A stretch of 64,000 bases of DNA from Rickettsiales bacterium (GCA_031283185.1 JAITCH010000011.1:550-64549), one strand, 5' to 3'. Positions 19,723-29,798 are shown, counted from the stretch's first letter. Program-made: numbers and translations. The notes: a model not told the origin generated them from the letters alone.

Positions 19723-20157
19723 TTGATATATTCGGATTTCAAGGAATTTGTCGGGCAACTGCCGAAAGCGGGTAAAATTTTGGCCGTGGATTGGGGGGCA
19801 AAGCGCACGGGTATCGCCTTGTCGGATGCGGAGCGGGACTTTGCCTTTGCCCGCCCGCAAATCGCGCCCGATGCCGGAATGGTTGCAAAAATCGCGGCGA
19901 ATGACCGGGCGGTCGGGATTTTGGTCGGATTGCCTAGTTCAGGGCAGGTCGCGGAAAGTATAAAAAAATTCGCGGCTGATTTGGACGCGCTGACTGCCGC
20001 GCCGATATTAATGTATGACGAAACATTGTCAAGCGTGGCGGCAAGTGCTATGCTGTCTGAAAATGGAATTTCCGCGCGGCATCAAAAGGGCAAATTGGAT
20101 AGTGCTGCGGCGCAGGTTTTGTTGGAAGAATTTTTGCAAAGGATTAAGAATGTCTAA
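19723..20157 (+). CDS. ruvX: YqgF/RuvX pre-16S rRNA nuclease
   Basis: AVDWGAKRTGIALSD, DETLSS and DSAAA. Confidence 0.9.
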   Translation: MIYSDFKEFVGQLPKAGKILAVDWGAKRTGIALSDAERDFAFARPQIAPDAGMVAKIAANDRAVGILVGLPSSGQVAESIKKFAADLDALTAAPILMYDETLSSVAASAMLSENGISARHQKGKLDSAAAQVLLEEFLQRIKNV

Positions 20158-20776
20158 TAATATAATTTATATGCGCCGGGATTTATCGGATGAACAGGCC
20201 GCCGCGCTTATGTCCGAAAAGGAGTTGGCAGTTGATACCGAATTATCTGGTATTGATGTTGAAAAGGACAGATTATGGCTGGTGCAGATAAAGGGATCCG
20301 CGCCGGAAGTTTATATCGTGCATATTCGGGATGATATGGAATATCCAAATCTTAAACGCGTTTTGGAAAATCCGAAGTCGGTAAAGATTTTCCATTATGC
20401 ACGGATGGATATGCTGATGATATATAAGTATTTTGGGATATGGGCTGCGCCCGTGTTCTGCACGAAAATCGGGGTGCTGCTTGCACGGCCAAAGGGCGGA
20501 CATACGCTGGCGAATTCGCTGCGCGAGATTTTTAAGATTTCTATGGATAAGAAAGAATGCCTGTCGGATTGGAGTTTGGATTTGAATGAAAGCCAGCAGG
20601 AATATGCTGCGGGCGATGTTCTGCACTTGCACGACTTGAAGCGGGTGGTGGAAGATATGTTGCGGGATAAAAACCGATTGGGTTTGGCGGAGAAATGTTT
20701 TGATTTCTTGCCTACAAGGGTGCTGCTGGATCTTGATTGGGGCACACGGGATATTTTTGGATATAACCCGAAATAA
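20150..20776 (+). CDS. RNase D-like DEDDy exonuclease (NrnC-like)
   Basis: AVDTE, KIFHYARMD, SDW and EYAAGDV. Confidence 0.85.
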   Translation: MSNNIIYMRRDLSDEQAAALMSEKELAVDTELSGIDVEKDRLWLVQIKGSAPEVYIVHIRDDMEYPNLKRVLENPKSVKIFHYARMDMLMIYKYFGIWAAPVFCTKIGVLLARPKGGHTLANSLREIFKISMDKKECLSDWSLDLNESQQEYAAGDVLHLHDLKRVVEDMLRDKNRLGLAEKCFDFLPTRVLLDLDWGTRDIFGYNPK

Positions 20777-20781
20777 AAATT

Positions 20782-22863
20782 TTATTCCTTTGCGATTTCT
20801 AGAAATTCTATTTTGACTTTTTTGATTCCGGCGTCGCGGAATGCGATTGTTGCCGTGTCGCCGCTAAGTTCTATAACCACGCCCTTGCCCAGTTCCGTGT
20901 GCGATACAAGTTTTCCGAATAAGGTTGGGGTTTCTTGTTTCCTCTCAACCACCCTGGCGGCTTCGCCGCCACCCCTCCACCTTGGAGGGGAATTATGTTG
21001 ATAACCAAACCCGACTTTTTCCACAAATTTATCATCAATTTCATCTATGAAAATACTGGGGGAATTATTCTGCTTTTGCCCGAATAAGAAACGGGAAGCC
21101 GTATAAGAAATCGCGCAATTTCGTTTTGCTCGCGTTATAGCGACATAAGCCAGCCGCCGTTCTTCTTCCAACGAATCATCTGCCGCCCGCTCCTTTGGGA
21201 AAATTCCATTTTCCCAAGCGGGCAGGAACACATTCTGAAATTCCAATCCCTTGGCCGCGTGAATTGTCATTATATTGACCGCATCTTTCTCTTCATCCGG
21301 TTGAAAGTCCGCGCCGTCATCAGCAACCATCAAACTGGCATTTTCCAAAAACTCTTCCATAGAACTATATTTTGATATAGTGGAATTAATAAGTTCATAG
21401 ATATTCTTTATCCTGTCTTCGGCGTTGTCGTCTTTTGATTCCCGCCACATTTTCACATATCCGCAGGTTTCAATTAATTTCAAGGCCGCAACTGCCGGGG
21501 GCATTGCCGCAAAATCAAAATTAAACGCATTGATAAATTCTTTCGCCGCATCGCGCTGTTTTGGTTTAAGTGAAATTTCGCGCAATGCTTCAAATAATGT
21601 TTTGCCGGTTCGTAGGGAATGCAGTTTTAATTCATCAATTACTTTATCGCCCAAGCCGCGCCGTGGCTTGGCAATAATCCGCAAGAACGCCATATCATCA
21701 AACCTGTGAACTAATAATCTAAGGTATGCGATAGTATCTTGGATTTCCATACGATCATAGAATTTCTGTGCCCCGACCAATTTATAAGGAATTCGCCGCT
21801 GAATAAATTCTTCTTCGAATTTTCGGGATAAAGATCCGTTCCGAATAAGAATCGCCGTTGCGGATTTTTTTGTGCTTTCATCATTTTCTATGGCGGATAC
21901 TATTGCCGAGCATTCTTCCAAGTCGGAATAGAATCGAACGATTTTAACTTTCCGCCCATCGCCAAGTCCCGACCATAAGTCTTTATTTCCGTGTCGATCA
22001 ATGTTGTTTTTAATTAATGAATTTGCGGCGTTAAGAATATGTCCCGTGCTGCGGTAATTTTGCGTCAGGCGGAAAATTTTCGCACCAGGAAAATCCTTTT
22101 CGAAATTAAGAATGTTTGCGTAATGAGCCCCGCGCCAAGAATATATGGATTGATCGTCATCGCCAACACAGCAGATATTTTTATGCCCGTCTGCTAACTT
22201 TTTCAGCAGAGTATGCTGCGGAACATTGGTGTCTTGATACTCGTCCACCAAGATATATTTGAACTTGTCCTGATAATGTTTCAGAACGGCCGGCCGTTCA
22301 TTGAACAGGTCGTTCGTATGATTTATTATATCTGCGAAATCAAGGGCATTCAGCCGTTTCAGTTCTTCATTATATTTGTGTAAAATCTCGTCAAATTTAT
22401 CGCTTTGATTTTTTTTGCGCCCGGTATCTTTGTAAAAAGAAATTGCCTCGATCCAATTTCCCGGGTCATAATCTTTTGATTCCAATTTCATTTCTGTAAA
22501 TACGGATTTCAGGACTTTTTTCTGATCGTCTTCGCCAAATACCAAAAAGTCCGAACGAAGCCCCAAATTCTGTTTTTCTTTCCGTAGAATTTTAAGGCAG
22601 ACCGAATGGAATGTCCCGCACCAATAGGGCGACTTCCCAGTCTTTTGGAATATGCGGCTTTTCAATTCGTTCGCCGCTTTATTTGTAAATGTAACGGCCA
22701 AGATGTCCATCCAGGTATCTGGAAATATCGTAAAAATCGCAGCAATCAAAGTGGTGGTTTTACCAGTGCCCGCGCCAGCCAGTATCAGCACTGCCCCGCC
22801 GTCCTTTACGACCTTGACCGCGTTCCGTTGTTCTTCATTCAAAGATTCCAAAAAATCGGCCAT
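20782..22863 (-). CDS. uvrD: UvrD/PcrA helicase
   Basis: AGAGTGKT, VDEYQD, QNYRS and TIHAAKGLEF. Confidence 0.93.
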   Translation of the reverse strand: MADFLESLNEEQRNAVKVVKDGGAVLILAGAGTGKTTTLIAAIFTIFPDTWMDILAVTFTNKAANELKSRIFQKTGKSPYWCGTFHSVCLKILRKEKQNLGLRSDFLVFGEDDQKKVLKSVFTEMKLESKDYDPGNWIEAISFYKDTGRKKNQSDKFDEILHKYNEELKRLNALDFADIINHTNDLFNERPAVLKHYQDKFKYILVDEYQDTNVPQHTLLKKLADGHKNICCVGDDDQSIYSWRGAHYANILNFEKDFPGAKIFRLTQNYRSTGHILNAANSLIKNNIDRHGNKDLWSGLGDGRKVKIVRFYSDLEECSAIVSAIENDESTKKSATAILIRNGSLSRKFEEEFIQRRIPYKLVGAQKFYDRMEIQDTIAYLRLLVHRFDDMAFLRIIAKPRRGLGDKVIDELKLHSLRTGKTLFEALREISLKPKQRDAAKEFINAFNFDFAAMPPAVAALKLIETCGYVKMWRESKDDNAEDRIKNIYELINSTISKYSSMEEFLENASLMVADDGADFQPDEEKDAVNIMTIHAAKGLEFQNVFLPAWENGIFPKERAADDSLEEERRLAYVAITRAKRNCAISYTASRFLFGQKQNNSPSIFIDEIDDKFVEKVGFGYQHNSPPRWRGGGEAARVVERKQETPTLFGKLVSHTELGKGVVIELSGDTATIAFRDAGIKKVKIEFLEIAKE
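20947..20994 (-). repeat. R3 palindrome in-frame in the uvrD C-terminal linker
   Basis: AATTCCCCTCCAAGGTGGAGGGGTGGCGGCGAAGCCGCCAGGGTGG encodes NSPPRWRGGGEAARVV. Confidence 0.85.
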
Positions 22864-22924
22864 TGCTTTTTACCTTTGCATCTAATATACTTGACATTAG
22901 CCAATAAGTAAAAGGAATTATGAA

Positions 22925-23623
22925 ATGGCGCGCGAAGTATGTTTTGACTGCGAAACTACCGGCTTTGATTGGATGCACGGCGACCGGATAATTGAAATCG
23001 GCGCGGTGGAAATCATAGACGACCGCATAACTGATAAATCGCTTCACCTTTATATCAACCCGGACGGCAAAATCATTCCGAAATCCGCATTTGAAGTCCA
23101 TAAAATCTCCAACCACTTTTTGGAAGACAAGCCAAAGTTCGGTGAAGTCGCAAAACAACTTACAGACTTTTTCGGCGACTCGCTTGTAGTCGCGCATAAC
23201 GGACAGGACTTTGACTTTCCATTTCTGAATTACGAATTAAAGCAAGCGGGCTTGCCCGAAATCCCAAAGAACCAATTGGCGGATAGTATAATTATCGCAC
23301 GAGGTCGCGTATTTGGCCCAAAGTCATATTCATTGGACGCGTTGGCAAAATGGTTCGGGATCAGTTTGGAAACGCGCACCGAGGGACACGGCGCGATTAT
23401 AGACGCGCGGATTTTGGCGAATATATATCTTGAACTGACGAAAATGAATGACGCCGAAACTTATGATGAAATGAAGGACAGATTTCGGAAAGCCGTTCAG
23501 AATTTACCCCGTAATGGTGAGGGTCGTGCAAAGCGGGAATTTCTTCCCAGCGCAGATGATACGGCGGCGTTTCAGGCATCGCTTGAAAAATCCGTCACGA
23601 ATGCAATGTGGAACCAGGAATAA
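22925..23623 (+). CDS. dnaQ: DNA polymerase III epsilon subunit
   Basis: FDCETTG, AHNGQDFD and HGAIIDA. Confidence 0.93.
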   Translation: MAREVCFDCETTGFDWMHGDRIIEIGAVEIIDDRITDKSLHLYINPDGKIIPKSAFEVHKISNHFLEDKPKFGEVAKQLTDFFGDSLVVAHNGQDFDFPFLNYELKQAGLPEIPKNQLADSIIIARGRVFGPKSYSLDALAKWFGISLETRTEGHGAIIDARILANIYLELTKMNDAETYDEMKDRFRKAVQNLPRNGEGRAKREFLPSADDTAAFQASLEKSVTNAMWNQE

Positions 23624-23626
23624 AAA

Positions 23627-24814
23627 ATGGACAAGAAAAAACTTTTTCTTTGGTGTTTATATGACTATGCAAACTCAATAGTTTGGGGCAACTTTTTGCT
23701 TTATTTCACGCGTTGGATTGTGGTGTCGGGCGGGCTGTCCGATCTGGCGTTCAACTTCATATTCGTTATGTCTGCAATCATAATGCTGGTAATCGCGCCG
23801 CGCCTCGCCGCAAAAACCGACCGAGACGGAGGACTGGTCAAATACCTCTCATATTCCACCATCGGTATGGGATTGTTCCTTGGGCTCGCCGCATTATTTC
23901 CTGTGTTTTCTTGGAACGCATATTTGGCGGCGTTGATGTTCTTTTTGGGCTTTACATTTTATCAAATGTCGTTTGTGTTTTTCAATCCGCTGCTGAATGA
24001 TGTCGCGGATGCCAAGCATCGCGGACGCGCATCCGGCTGGACGCAATTCGCAAACGCGTCAGGTATGATGTGCGGGCTGGTTGTGTTCGCCCCACTTGCC
24101 CATACCGGGATCGGGGCATTGCTGCCATCCGTCATTGCATTCGTGTTATTATCCCTGCCGATAATGCTGTTATACAAGGAAAATAATCGCGCCGTCCGGG
24201 ATGCGGAACGCGGCAATGAAAAAATAGATTTTCGTAAATTTATGCGTTTATTGTCTGTTCCGGGCGTTGCGGCGGCGATGCTTTCGTTCTTCTTTTTCCA
24301 AAATGCGAACGGCACTATGTCTAATAATCTGTCCATTTATACCAAGCAAGTTCTGGGCATTTCCACCGATATGCATATGCTGATTTTGATCGGAACAATG
24401 ATTACAACCGCGCTTGGGTCGTTGGCTGGCGGGGTGATAACAGATAGGCTCGGTTCACGCAAAGTATTGATGTCGGGGCTTGGCGTATGGATGGTTATGC
24501 TGCCATTTTTTGCAGCGGCTAATGACTTTATGACGACATTCTTTATAACTTCAATTATGGGATTTTTCCTAGGCGTTTTCTGGGCGGCAAGCCGCGCATA
24601 TACCAGTTCCGTTCTGCCACCAAAAGACTTGGCTTATGGATTTTCGTTTTATACGATATTTGAGAGGTTTTCATCCATTTTAGGGCCGCTGGTCTGGGGA
24701 TTATTGGTGTCGTTGGCAGGGTCATATAGATTGGCACTTGGGTCGCTGTCGGTGTTTGCATTATTGGGATTGATGTCGCTATTTGTCCGAACTGGTAAAA
24801 AGCCCGCCGTTTGA
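23627..24814 (+). CDS. MFS transporter (UMF1/Atg22-like)
   Basis: WCLYDYANS and about 12 TM segments. Confidence 0.85.
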   Translation: MDKKKLFLWCLYDYANSIVWGNFLLYFTRWIVVSGGLSDLAFNFIFVMSAIIMLVIAPRLAAKTDRDGGLVKYLSYSTIGMGLFLGLAALFPVFSWNAYLAALMFFLGFTFYQMSFVFFNPLLNDVADAKHRGRASGWTQFANASGMMCGLVVFAPLAHTGIGALLPSVIAFVLLSLPIMLLYKENNRAVRDAERGNEKIDFRKFMRLLSVPGVAAAMLSFFFFQNANGTMSNNLSIYTKQVLGISTDMHMLILIGTMITTALGSLAGGVITDRLGSRKVLMSGLGVWMVMLPFFAAANDFMTTFFITSIMGFFLGVFWAASRAYTSSVLPPKDLAYGFSFYTIFERFSSILGPLVWGLLVSLAGSYRLALGSLSVFALLGLMSLFVRTGKKPAV

Positions 24815-24845
24815 ATTTCATCCCATTTTATGATATGATTAGTGT

Positions 24846-25373
24846 ATGGCGCGATACGATTCTTCCACTTCATTGTTATATTGTCCGTCCGCTTTGACGG
24901 ATAATAAAAGTCTATATATAGAGGCGCGCAAAGCCGTTTATGCCGATTCGGGATTAATGCCCAAGGTGGTTTCTGAAACAACTGATATATCAGACTTGCC
25001 GCCGGATGCGATTTTTTATTATCCGATTATGACGGCCAGCCGCCATTGGTGGCTGAACTTGGTGGGCGCGGATAATGTGCGGATGGTGGACAAGATTTCG
25101 GTTTCCGCAGATTGTCAGTTGGCTGTAATCCGTAATGTCTGCCCGGACGCGGAACTTAAAAAGCAAGGCGCGAAGAATTTAAGCGTTGGCGAAGTGAATC
25201 TTGCCAGCGCATTTTTCAAGGTTGTTTCTAAAAAACTGGGCTGCGTGCAGGATATGGTGGCGACTTCGGCCGGGTCGGTTATGATATTGTTCCAGGGGCT
25301 CAGCGAAAAGAAATTAAGCGATGCGTTATTAGATACCGGCAATAAGTATTATGGAATTATCGGGTCGTATTAA
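24846..25373 (+). CDS. Hypothetical protein
   Basis: Promoter TTGAAT-17-TATGAT-6-ATG. Faint resemblance to chorismate mutase/PheA C-terminal regions (WWLNL, GIIGSY). Confidence 0.55.
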   Translation: MARYDSSTSLLYCPSALTDNKSLYIEARKAVYADSGLMPKVVSETTDISDLPPDAIFYYPIMTASRHWWLNLVGADNVRMVDKISVSADCQLAVIRNVCPDAELKKQGAKNLSVGEVNLASAFFKVVSKKLGCVQDMVATSAGSVMILFQGLSEKKLSDALLDTGNKYYGIIGSY

Positions 25374-25430
25374 AGACCTGAACATTATCAATTTGATTTT
25401 TTAGACTTTTGATATATAATGCCCGGGATT

Positions 25431-25504
25431 TGGGGTATCGTCTAATGGCAGGACAAGAGATTTTGGTTCTCTTTATCGGGGTTCGAGTCCCTGTGCCCCA
25501 ACCA
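25431..25504 (+). tRNA. tRNA-Gln (TTG)
   Basis: Acceptor TGGGGTA/TGCCCCA, anticodon arm AGAGA-TTTTGGT-TCTCT, GTTCGAGTC T-loop and encoded CCA. The U1-A72 pair fits the GatCAB pathway. Confidence 0.95.
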
Positions 25505-25632
25505 CCATTTTTGTCCGAACGAAGTGAGGATTAAAAAAATGAGTGCCGCGGCGAAGCGAAGCCGGGCAGGTTCAAAGTAAATTATTCAGGATATTGATTA
25601 AAAAACTTTTTGCCCGTTGATTCCGTGTTCTT

Positions 25633-27198
25633 TTATGCTGCAAGTTGGACCAATTCGCTATTTTGATGTGTTCTCAGCAGTTTATCTGAATAATCCGGCA
25701 CAATTATATCATTTAGTATTTTCAACACTTCCATAGGGTGTTTCACATTCTCTTGTGCGACACCGCAATTGATTTTATAAACTCGGTTTTCTGATTCCGA
25801 CTTCTCTAAAAGTTTTATAATTTTATTATTCGGAGAATAATTAACAATCGGCAAACTTTTGATGGTTTCAAGCGACAAAGTCATCCCGCCGTCCCGAATT
25901 CGCCACCACCAATATAAAAGTGAACTATTCAGTAATCCATAAGCAAAATCCAAATCATTTTGATTCTTGAAATACAATGTCTTCAATGAACTTCGTTGGA
26001 CTGATTTTTTTAAGGCCGGAATAAAATATCTTGGGCTGGACGGAATATATAAAACAAATGATGTTTCTTTGTCTGACAGCAAATCTCCAAGAACTTTCGT
26101 TTTGTCCAAAGCATTGAAGACGGGCTCTAAAACCTTATTCACTTTCGGAAAGTATTCCGGAGTCAGTTTGGCTTCTGATAAAAACAAATCCAAAGATTCC
26201 AACATTTGTTTTCGTTCGTTAGTCTTCCAACGAAGCAATGATGTTATGCGATGAATTGCCGGATGCGGTAAGGCTACAATTATAGATGCGCGGACGCTGT
26301 TCGCAGTGTTGGTATTTTGGCTTCCAAATTTTATTCCGTGAAAAATAGTATCAGGAACATTATCAAAGTTATAGATGGTTAGATTATTAAACCTGTCTAA
26401 TAATAGTTTTCTTAAAGAATAAAATTTCGCGGCATTCGTAAAAGATTGTGGCGTTATGCTGATAAAGCCTTTGCTGGTTTTTATTATGTTTTCAAGAAAA
26501 TACGCATAAAGATCCGTGCATTTTGCGGTTTCAAAACTAGGATTCTCGTCAGTCGCTAAATACGGGGGGTTCACAATAACAAAATCATGCTGTGGAATTA
26601 AATTTAGGCTGTTGTCTAAAAATAATGAATCGTTGCCAGAATCCGCAACCGATATAAAATCAAAGACCTTGAAATTATCCTTTATTGTATTAAATAAATT
26701 TTCATCGTCCCGTTGAAATGATATTGTGAACAGCACGCGGGCTATGAATAATGCCAATTCATCTGTGTCTGACAGAATTAAATTATTTATTAGGAATTTT
26801 TCTTTGTCCGATTGAAATTTAATCAAATGCCACGATAAATTGCCGATGCCGGAACACGGATCAAGCCATATTCCGGTTTCAAATTTGGAACTTTGTTTTG
26901 CCATAAGTTCTGCCACATCGTCCGGGGTAAAAAATTGTCCGTTATTCTGACGGCTGGTTCGATTATCATAACTTAGGCTGTATTCATATAAGACGCTTAT
27001 TTCACCTATGGATAATTCGCTTAGCAAATCGGTATCCAGGAAATTAGCATTCTTAAATTTATCGTCATTCAATATATATAAAAATTGTTTTTTGTTCCGC
27101 AAATGCGTAGCCAATATGTCAATCCACGCGCCATTAATTCCACGCGCTTTCAGCAAGGACATTAAATTTTCAGAATCAAAGTTCAGCAGGTGGCACAT
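25633..27198 (-). CDS. N6-adenine DNA methyltransferase (gamma class)
   Basis: GQFFTP, LDPCSGIG and VNPPY. AT-rich. Confidence 0.9.
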   Translation of the reverse strand: MCHLLNFDSENLMSLLKARGINGAWIDILATHLRNKKQFLYILNDDKFKNANFLDTDLLSELSIGEISVLYEYSLSYDNRTSRQNNGQFFTPDDVAELMAKQSSKFETGIWLDPCSGIGNLSWHLIKFQSDKEKFLINNLILSDTDELALFIARVLFTISFQRDDENLFNTIKDNFKVFDFISVADSGNDSLFLDNSLNLIPQHDFVIVNPPYLATDENPSFETAKCTDLYAYFLENIIKTSKGFISITPQSFTNAAKFYSLRKLLLDRFNNLTIYNFDNVPDTIFHGIKFGSQNTNTANSVRASIIVALPHPAIHRITSLLRWKTNERKQMLESLDLFLSEAKLTPEYFPKVNKVLEPVFNALDKTKVLGDLLSDKETSFVLYIPSSPRYFIPALKKSVQRSSLKTLYFKNQNDLDFAYGLLNSSLLYWWWRIRDGGMTLSLETIKSLPIVNYSPNNKIIKLLEKSESENRVYKINCGVAQENVKHPMEVLKILNDIIVPDYSDKLLRTHQNSELVQLAA

Positions 27199-27199
27199 A

Positions 27200-27832
27200 T
27201 CAAAACACCACCTTGGTTATTTTTATGTCGTTATTATCTAAATTAAATCCGTATTTATCTGGGCGGGGCGCGCCATTTGAATTTCGCCCTTGGCGCAAGA
27301 TGTCTAAATTGGGCAGATCTTTTTCCGATAATATAACAAAAATAATTTCTTTTAACTCTGCCGCGGTTTTACGAAGTCTTGAATTTGTAGTGCGGGATTC
27401 GCGTTCTATTTCATAATCGGATTTTCCACCCTTTAATTCCGTATGCCATTTTTGGAAACTGCGGTCGTGGTCATTATATTCTATATCGCAATTTGCAACA
27501 ATCTCACCATGAAAGCCGTGTTTTTTAATTGATTCGCGCATAGATTCGCAATCGTTTAATTGAATGATGCGTCCGGCATTGGCGGCGTGCGCCTTCAAGT
27601 CCCAATTAAAAGTCCTGAATAAATCAAAAGTTGTTGTTCCGTATTTTTCGCCAGGGAATTGAAATTGTTTGCTTAAAATTTCCCGGCATAACAATTCAAA
27701 ATAAAAACCGAACCATTCCATCTGCCGCCATTGAAAATCTGCTTTCTTCATTTCCAGAATAGATTTTCGGGCATCCCAGACGGGATTTATCTTTTTCAAT
27801 AACTCTTGCAAGATTTCCAAATCTGTTTTCAT
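27200..27832 (-). CDS. Putative restriction endonuclease
   Basis: PD-(D/E)xK-like FDL...WDLKAH, directly upstream of the MTase. Start follows TTGATT-17-TATGAT-7. Confidence 0.55.
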   Translation of the reverse strand: MKTDLEILQELLKKINPVWDARKSILEMKKADFQWRQMEWFGFYFELLCREILSKQFQFPGEKYGTTTFDLFRTFNWDLKAHAANAGRIIQLNDCESMRESIKKHGFHGEIVANCDIEYNDHDRSFQKWHTELKGGKSDYEIERESRTTNSRLRKTAAELKEIIFVILSEKDLPNLDILRQGRNSNGAPRPDKYGFNLDNNDIKITKVVF

Positions 27833-27890
27833 GATGCGAATCATACGAAATTTGGATGGACAAATCAAGACTAATGCGATTGGGGGGAAG

Positions 27891-27933
27891 GGGGATTTGC
27901 CCCGGCAAATCAAAAGGCCGGGGGGGGCAAATC
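27891..27933 (-). repeat. R4 palindrome (inverted)
   Basis: GGGATTTGCCCCGGCAAATCAAAAGGCCGGGGGGGGCAAATC. Confidence 0.8.
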
Positions 27934-27942
27934 ACGGCACTA

Positions 27943-28257
27943 TTACATCAGCCTAATACATTCAACTATTTTGCGGGATTCTACGACTTGAAGTTTGCCG
28001 GTTGTGCCTGCATCCATATCCGCGCCGGGCAATTCGCAATCAAGTCCCGCCATTCCATAAGCCCGCTTTGAATCTATACATTCTTCGCCATATTCATAAG
28101 ATTCGTCCGGACATTGGCCGACCAGTTCAGGATTTTCCATATCGTATGCGGAACACGCGCCGTCTTCGCACAGGACTTGTTCTTCGGCATTCAGCATTTC
28201 AGCGGTTGCGGCAACGCCTGCGAATAAAAACGATGCGATGAATAGATATTTTTTCAT
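27943..28257 (-). CDS. Small secreted acidic Cys-containing protein
   Basis: Signal peptide MKKYLFIASFLFAGVAATA and six Cys. Confidence 0.65.
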   Translation of the reverse strand: MKKYLFIASFLFAGVAATAEMLNAEEQVLCEDGACSAYDMENPELVGQCPDESYEYGEECIDSKRAYGMAGLDCELPGADMDAGTTGKLQVVESRKIVECIRLM

Positions 28258-28332
28258 AATTTACCCTTTTGGTTGTTAGGGAAATTATGAATTATTTTTT
28301 GGAAATTTTTGATAGGTATGATGTCAAATGCA

Positions 28333-28416
28333 GGATTTGCCGGGGCAAATCCCAGAATTAATGTCGAACCACCCCGTCCGCTTCGCGTCCACCCCGCCAC
28401 CCTTGGCGGGGAATTA
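28333..28416. repeat. Partial R4 plus R3
   Basis: GGATTTGCCGGGGCAAATCCC and ACCACCCCGTCCGCTTCGCGTCCACCCCGCCACCCTTGGCGGGGAATT. Confidence 0.8.
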
Positions 28417-28421
28417 GTGGC

Positions 28422-29135
28422 TTACACACCGGCAAAAACTTTCTGCACATCGTCCAGGTCTTCTAACGATTCAATTAATTTATCAACCTTGGCCATATCA
28501 TCGTCTGACAATTCCACGGGCGCGGTCGGCAGCCAGGTAAGTTCCGCCTTTTCCGCTTCACCGAATTTTTTCTGTAATGCCGTCATCGCGGGCATAAAGT
28601 TTTCGGTCGCGGTCGTTATGATATATGCTTCGTCATCGCTTGCATCCAAATCGTCAGCCCCTGCATCAATGACCGCCTCGAACATTGCGTCTTCTGATGC
28701 CGTGGATTTTTTATAAACGATCATTCCGACACGATTGAACATAAAGGCGACGCTGCCGGATTCGCCCATATTCCCGCCGTTTTTTTGGAAGACATTACGG
28801 ACTTCGGGAACGGTGCGGCGCGGGTTGTCGGTCATAGCCTCTACGATTATTGGAACTTTGGCGGGGCCATAGCCTTCATAGCGAACGGATTCGTAATTTT
28901 CGCCGCCTGCTGCGCTGCCCTTGTCCATAGCGCGTTTGATATTGTCGTTCGGCATATTTAATTTGCGCGCTTGAATTATAGCAAGGCGAAGTCGCGGATT
29001 ATTTTCCGGCGCGGGATCGCCGAGTTTTGTAGCCATAGTAATTTCGCGGGCGAGTTTTGTGAACTGCCCAGCCTTGGCGGCGTCTTGCGCGCCCTTGCGG
29101 TGCATTATATTATGCCATTTGGAATGTCCTGACAT
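28422..29135 (-). CDS. yebC: YebC/PmpR family protein
   Basis: MSGHSKWHNI and YEGYGP. Confidence 0.95.
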   Translation of the reverse strand: MSGHSKWHNIMHRKGAQDAAKAGQFTKLAREITMATKLGDPAPENNPRLRLAIIQARKLNMPNDNIKRAMDKGSAAGGENYESVRYEGYGPAKVPIIVEAMTDNPRRTVPEVRNVFQKNGGNMGESGSVAFMFNRVGMIVYKKSTASEDAMFEAVIDAGADDLDASDDEAYIITTATENFMPAMTALQKKFGEAEKAELTWLPTAPVELSDDDMAKVDKLIESLEDLDDVQKVFAGV

Positions 29136-29161
29136 ATTTTTCTTCCTTTTGTAATTTATTA

Positions 29162-29203
29162 GTCATTGCCCGGCTTGACCGGGCAATCCCGGCAACATAT
29201 AAT
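29162..29203 (+). promoter_or_regulatory. R1 repeat supplying the -35 of a leaderless ruvA promoter
   Basis: TTGACC(29175, repeat loop)-17 nt-TATAAT(29198)-7 nt-ATG(29211). Confidence 0.65.
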
Positions 29204-29210
29204 ATACACT

Positions 29211-29795
29211 ATGATTGGAAAAATTCAAGGTCTTCTCGATTCGGTTGTGGATAACGCCGCTATTGTTATGGCGGGCGGTGTCGGATACAGGGTTTTTATG
29301 GCGACAAACGCATTGGCGGCGTTAAAGGTCGGCGCGCCTGCGACACTTTGGATTGAAACCCATGTGCGCGAAGATCATATACATTTATATGGATTCCCGT
29401 CTAATGATGATTTGAATATGTTTAATATGCTGACATTGGTGCAGGGTGTTGGGCCGAAAGTCGCGCTTGCGATAATGGGAACATTGCCGACCGGGGCGAT
29501 AATCCGGGCGATTGCCACGGGGGACAAGGCGAGTTTGACCGCCGCGCCCGGCGTAGGCGGCAAGGTTGCAGAGCGGATGATTACGGAATTGAAGTCCAAG
29601 ATAAAGGGCATTTCGGCAAACGCATTGCCAGAATTGGAAGGCGCGCCAACTGGGATTTTTGCGGACGCGGCGTTGGCATTAGATGGATTGGGATATAAAA
29701 GGGCGGCGATACTGCCCGCACTCAGGAAAATTTTAGAAGACAATCCGGCATTACCATTGGATCAGGTTATTACTAGTGCGTTGAAGGTATTGTGA
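29211..29795 (+). CDS. ruvA: Holliday junction branch migration protein RuvA
   Basis: MIGKIQG, GVGY, HVREDHIHLYGF and VQGVGPK. Confidence 0.95.
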   Translation: MIGKIQGLLDSVVDNAAIVMAGGVGYRVFMATNALAALKVGAPATLWIETHVREDHIHLYGFPSNDDLNMFNMLTLVQGVGPKVALAIMGTLPTGAIIRAIATGDKASLTAAPGVGGKVAERMITELKSKIKGISANALPELEGAPTGIFADAALALDGLGYKRAAILPALRKILEDNPALPLDQVITSALKVL

Positions 29796-29798
29796 TAA

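Noticed and set aside
28309..28716. Short ORFs containing SLPGLTGQSR, PPRPLRVHP or GFAPWPFD (for example 28309, 29792, 35677, 38066, 45809, 49594, 61016)
   Set aside because: These are translations of intergenic repeats or antisense shadows of real genes.
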